Source: Chloroflexota bacterium
GTDB taxonomy: Bacteria > Bacteroidota > Ignavibacteria > Kapaibacteriales > UBA961
Direction of reading: 5' to 3'
Assembly: GCA_041917875.1 (NCBI GenBank)
Contig: JAYRWZ010000254.1
Span: 1 to 36,913, forward strand
DNA: 36,913 nt
The position numbers and the translations under genes are program-made. Each line of letters begins with the position of its first letter. Within the stretch, counting starts at the first letter, position 1. Positions 35,567 to 36,913 of this stretch are shown piece after piece. The notes under the pieces are model-generated. The model ran no database searches. It had not been told where the DNA came from and saw only the letters and a program-made list of their open reading frames with translations.

Positions 35567-35821
35567 GTCACTGTGATGTGGAGTGCAATTCTCTCACAAC
35601 ATGAAGAAATTTTGCGATGTGAAGTATATGATGAATGTTCGGGAATTTCTGATGCAGAATGCGATTTGGTGTTCCAACCTTATGCTAAGTGATCTGCTTT
35701 GCCTACAGGAGGTGACAGTGGGACCGAGGGTGGTGAAAAATTTAGTCGAAGTATTACATGGAAAAATATGGTTTGAAAATCATGAAAAAGTGTAACCTTC
35801 TTTGTCGAATTACCGCCATAA
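35567..35821 (+). pseudogene. frameshifted 3' remnant of a histidine kinase HATPase_c domain
   Basis: Three frames together give HATPase-like segments: ILSQHEEILRCEVYDECSGISDAECDLVFQPYAK*, then VGPRVVKNLVEVLHGKIWFENHEK, then SVTFFVELPP*. No HisKA or sensor part lies upstream, and at least two frame changes are needed. Confidence 0.6.
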
Positions 35822-36041
35822 CATCTGTGGTGTAAAAGTAATGTCAATGGGAAAAGGTTTTTATTTGATCCGGTATTTATACCAAATTACGTATTTGTAA
35901 AGATATTCATGATTGATACCCTTCATTTGCAAGGATTTGAAATGCTGAATACTCTAAAGGTACAGAATTTCGACTAAAGTTTAGAACATATTGAAAAGTC
36001 AGTACATAGAATGAAATTACTAAAAAAACAGGTGTAATTTT

Positions 36042-36913
36042 CGGAGACAAGATGACAGCAGAAGAGATACAGACTAAATATCAAGAGGCAATGGCTTTAG
36101 CAATGTCTGAAAGTAAGGCGGACGCTTTGAACTCACTTGCATGGCAACTGCGATTATTGGGTCAGTATGATGACTCCATGTCTCTATGTGAAGAAGCAAT
36201 GTTAATAGCTGAAGAATGTTCAAGTACATCTACTGCCGGTAAAATATTAAATACAATTGCCAATATTGCTGCTGATCGAGGAGATATTCCAAATGCTTTG
36301 CTGTATTATCAAAAAGCAATACTTAATCTTGAACATGGTAATGACAGTTATTGGTTGGGAGCTGTATTGGGGAATTGTGGAAATGTTTACAAAAATCTCC
36401 ATGAATATGATCTTGCTCTTGAGTATTATCACAAAGCACTGCTACTTTATGAAAAAGAAGGTATAAAACATCATATACCCGTATGGTTGAGCAATATAGG
36501 GAATGTGTACCATAATTTAAGAGAATATAGTGTTGCTTTAGAATTTCATACGAAAGCACTTTCTATCAGGGAAGAGTTGGGGCAAAGAGCGGAAATGGGA
36601 ACGGTGTTTTCTAATATCGGTAATGCGTATTTTGAAATAGGAGAATATGATAAAGCCATAGAGTATTATTCTCAATCCTTGGAAGTAGATTCGGATAATA
36701 TGTTTACTATGGATATTGCAGTAGATTATGGCAATCTTGGTCGTGTATTTGCCAAACAAGACTATAATGGGTATGACCCCGATAAAGCAGAAGAGTATCT
36801 CATCAAAGCGGGGGGGATTTTTGAAACCCTCGGCAATAAACAATATCAGTTCATATTTCATAAAATGCTTGCTGATCTTTACAGAAATCAGCAACGTTGG
36901 GAGGAATCGGATA
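36042..36913 (+). CDS. TPR-repeat sensor protein, fourth paralogue of the array (3' end and output domain lie outside the window)
   Basis: I translated this by hand: ATG at 36042 after GGAGA, with no stop through base 36913. It has 40-aa TPR units (IGNVYHNLREYSVALEFHTKALSIREELGQRAEMGTVFSN...), a terminal unit with YNGYDPDKAEEYLIKA, and a QRWEES box. It is missing from the ORF track because it runs off the window. Confidence 0.85.

Overview
This is a 36.9-kb chromosomal segment with moderately low GC. Domain calls come from motif recognition only; no database search was run. The gene content combines a late flagellar filament cluster with at least four proteins carrying type IX secretion (T9SS) C-terminal sorting domains. 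That combination suggests an FCB-group bacterium, Ignavibacteria/Kapabacteria-like (inference).

Layout:
- 1-5.8 kb: housekeeping genes (ABC ATPase fragment, dapB, a DUF1573 protein, and a minus-strand mnmG / BadF-type kinase / outer-membrane protein operon).
- 6-11.5 kb: a SpoIIE/PP2C phosphatase followed by fliC-fliS-fliD-flaG-orf-flgM, with a sigma-28-type promoter.
- 11.6-17.9 kb: ssb, an MCE/MlaD protein, a large T9SS adhesin-like protein and a transglutaminase-like protein.
- 18-24.7 kb (minus strand): heparinase II/III-like T9SS cargo, a small T9SS-CTD protein, a PorV/PorQ-like outer-membrane protein, a PLP trans-sulfuration enzyme and a receiver-first hybrid histidine kinase.
- 24.9-29.1 kb: AT-richer by eye. 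An orphan secreted protein, a split metzincin with a T9SS CTD, an alpha/beta hydrolase and a PD40 beta-propeller protein.
- 29.2-36.9 kb: the most unusual part. It is a tandem array of paralogues sharing one TPR sensor scaffold and coiled-coil linker, fused to different outputs (two class III adenylate cyclases, one histidine kinase, and one copy cut by the window end). Two decayed copies sit among them: a 62-codon head-to-tail deletion remnant and a frameshifted HATPase 3' remnant. Self-complementary DNA is inserted in-frame at the same loop of both cyclases.

Other observations are a 19-nt CACGTG-centred inverted repeat at a fixed distance upstream of two start codons flanking mnmG, CsrA-like GGA sites in the flagellin leader, and a T14/T9 homopolymer-rich divergent promoter. 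I found no CRISPR array, tRNA/rRNA gene, transposase, integrase or recognisable defence system.
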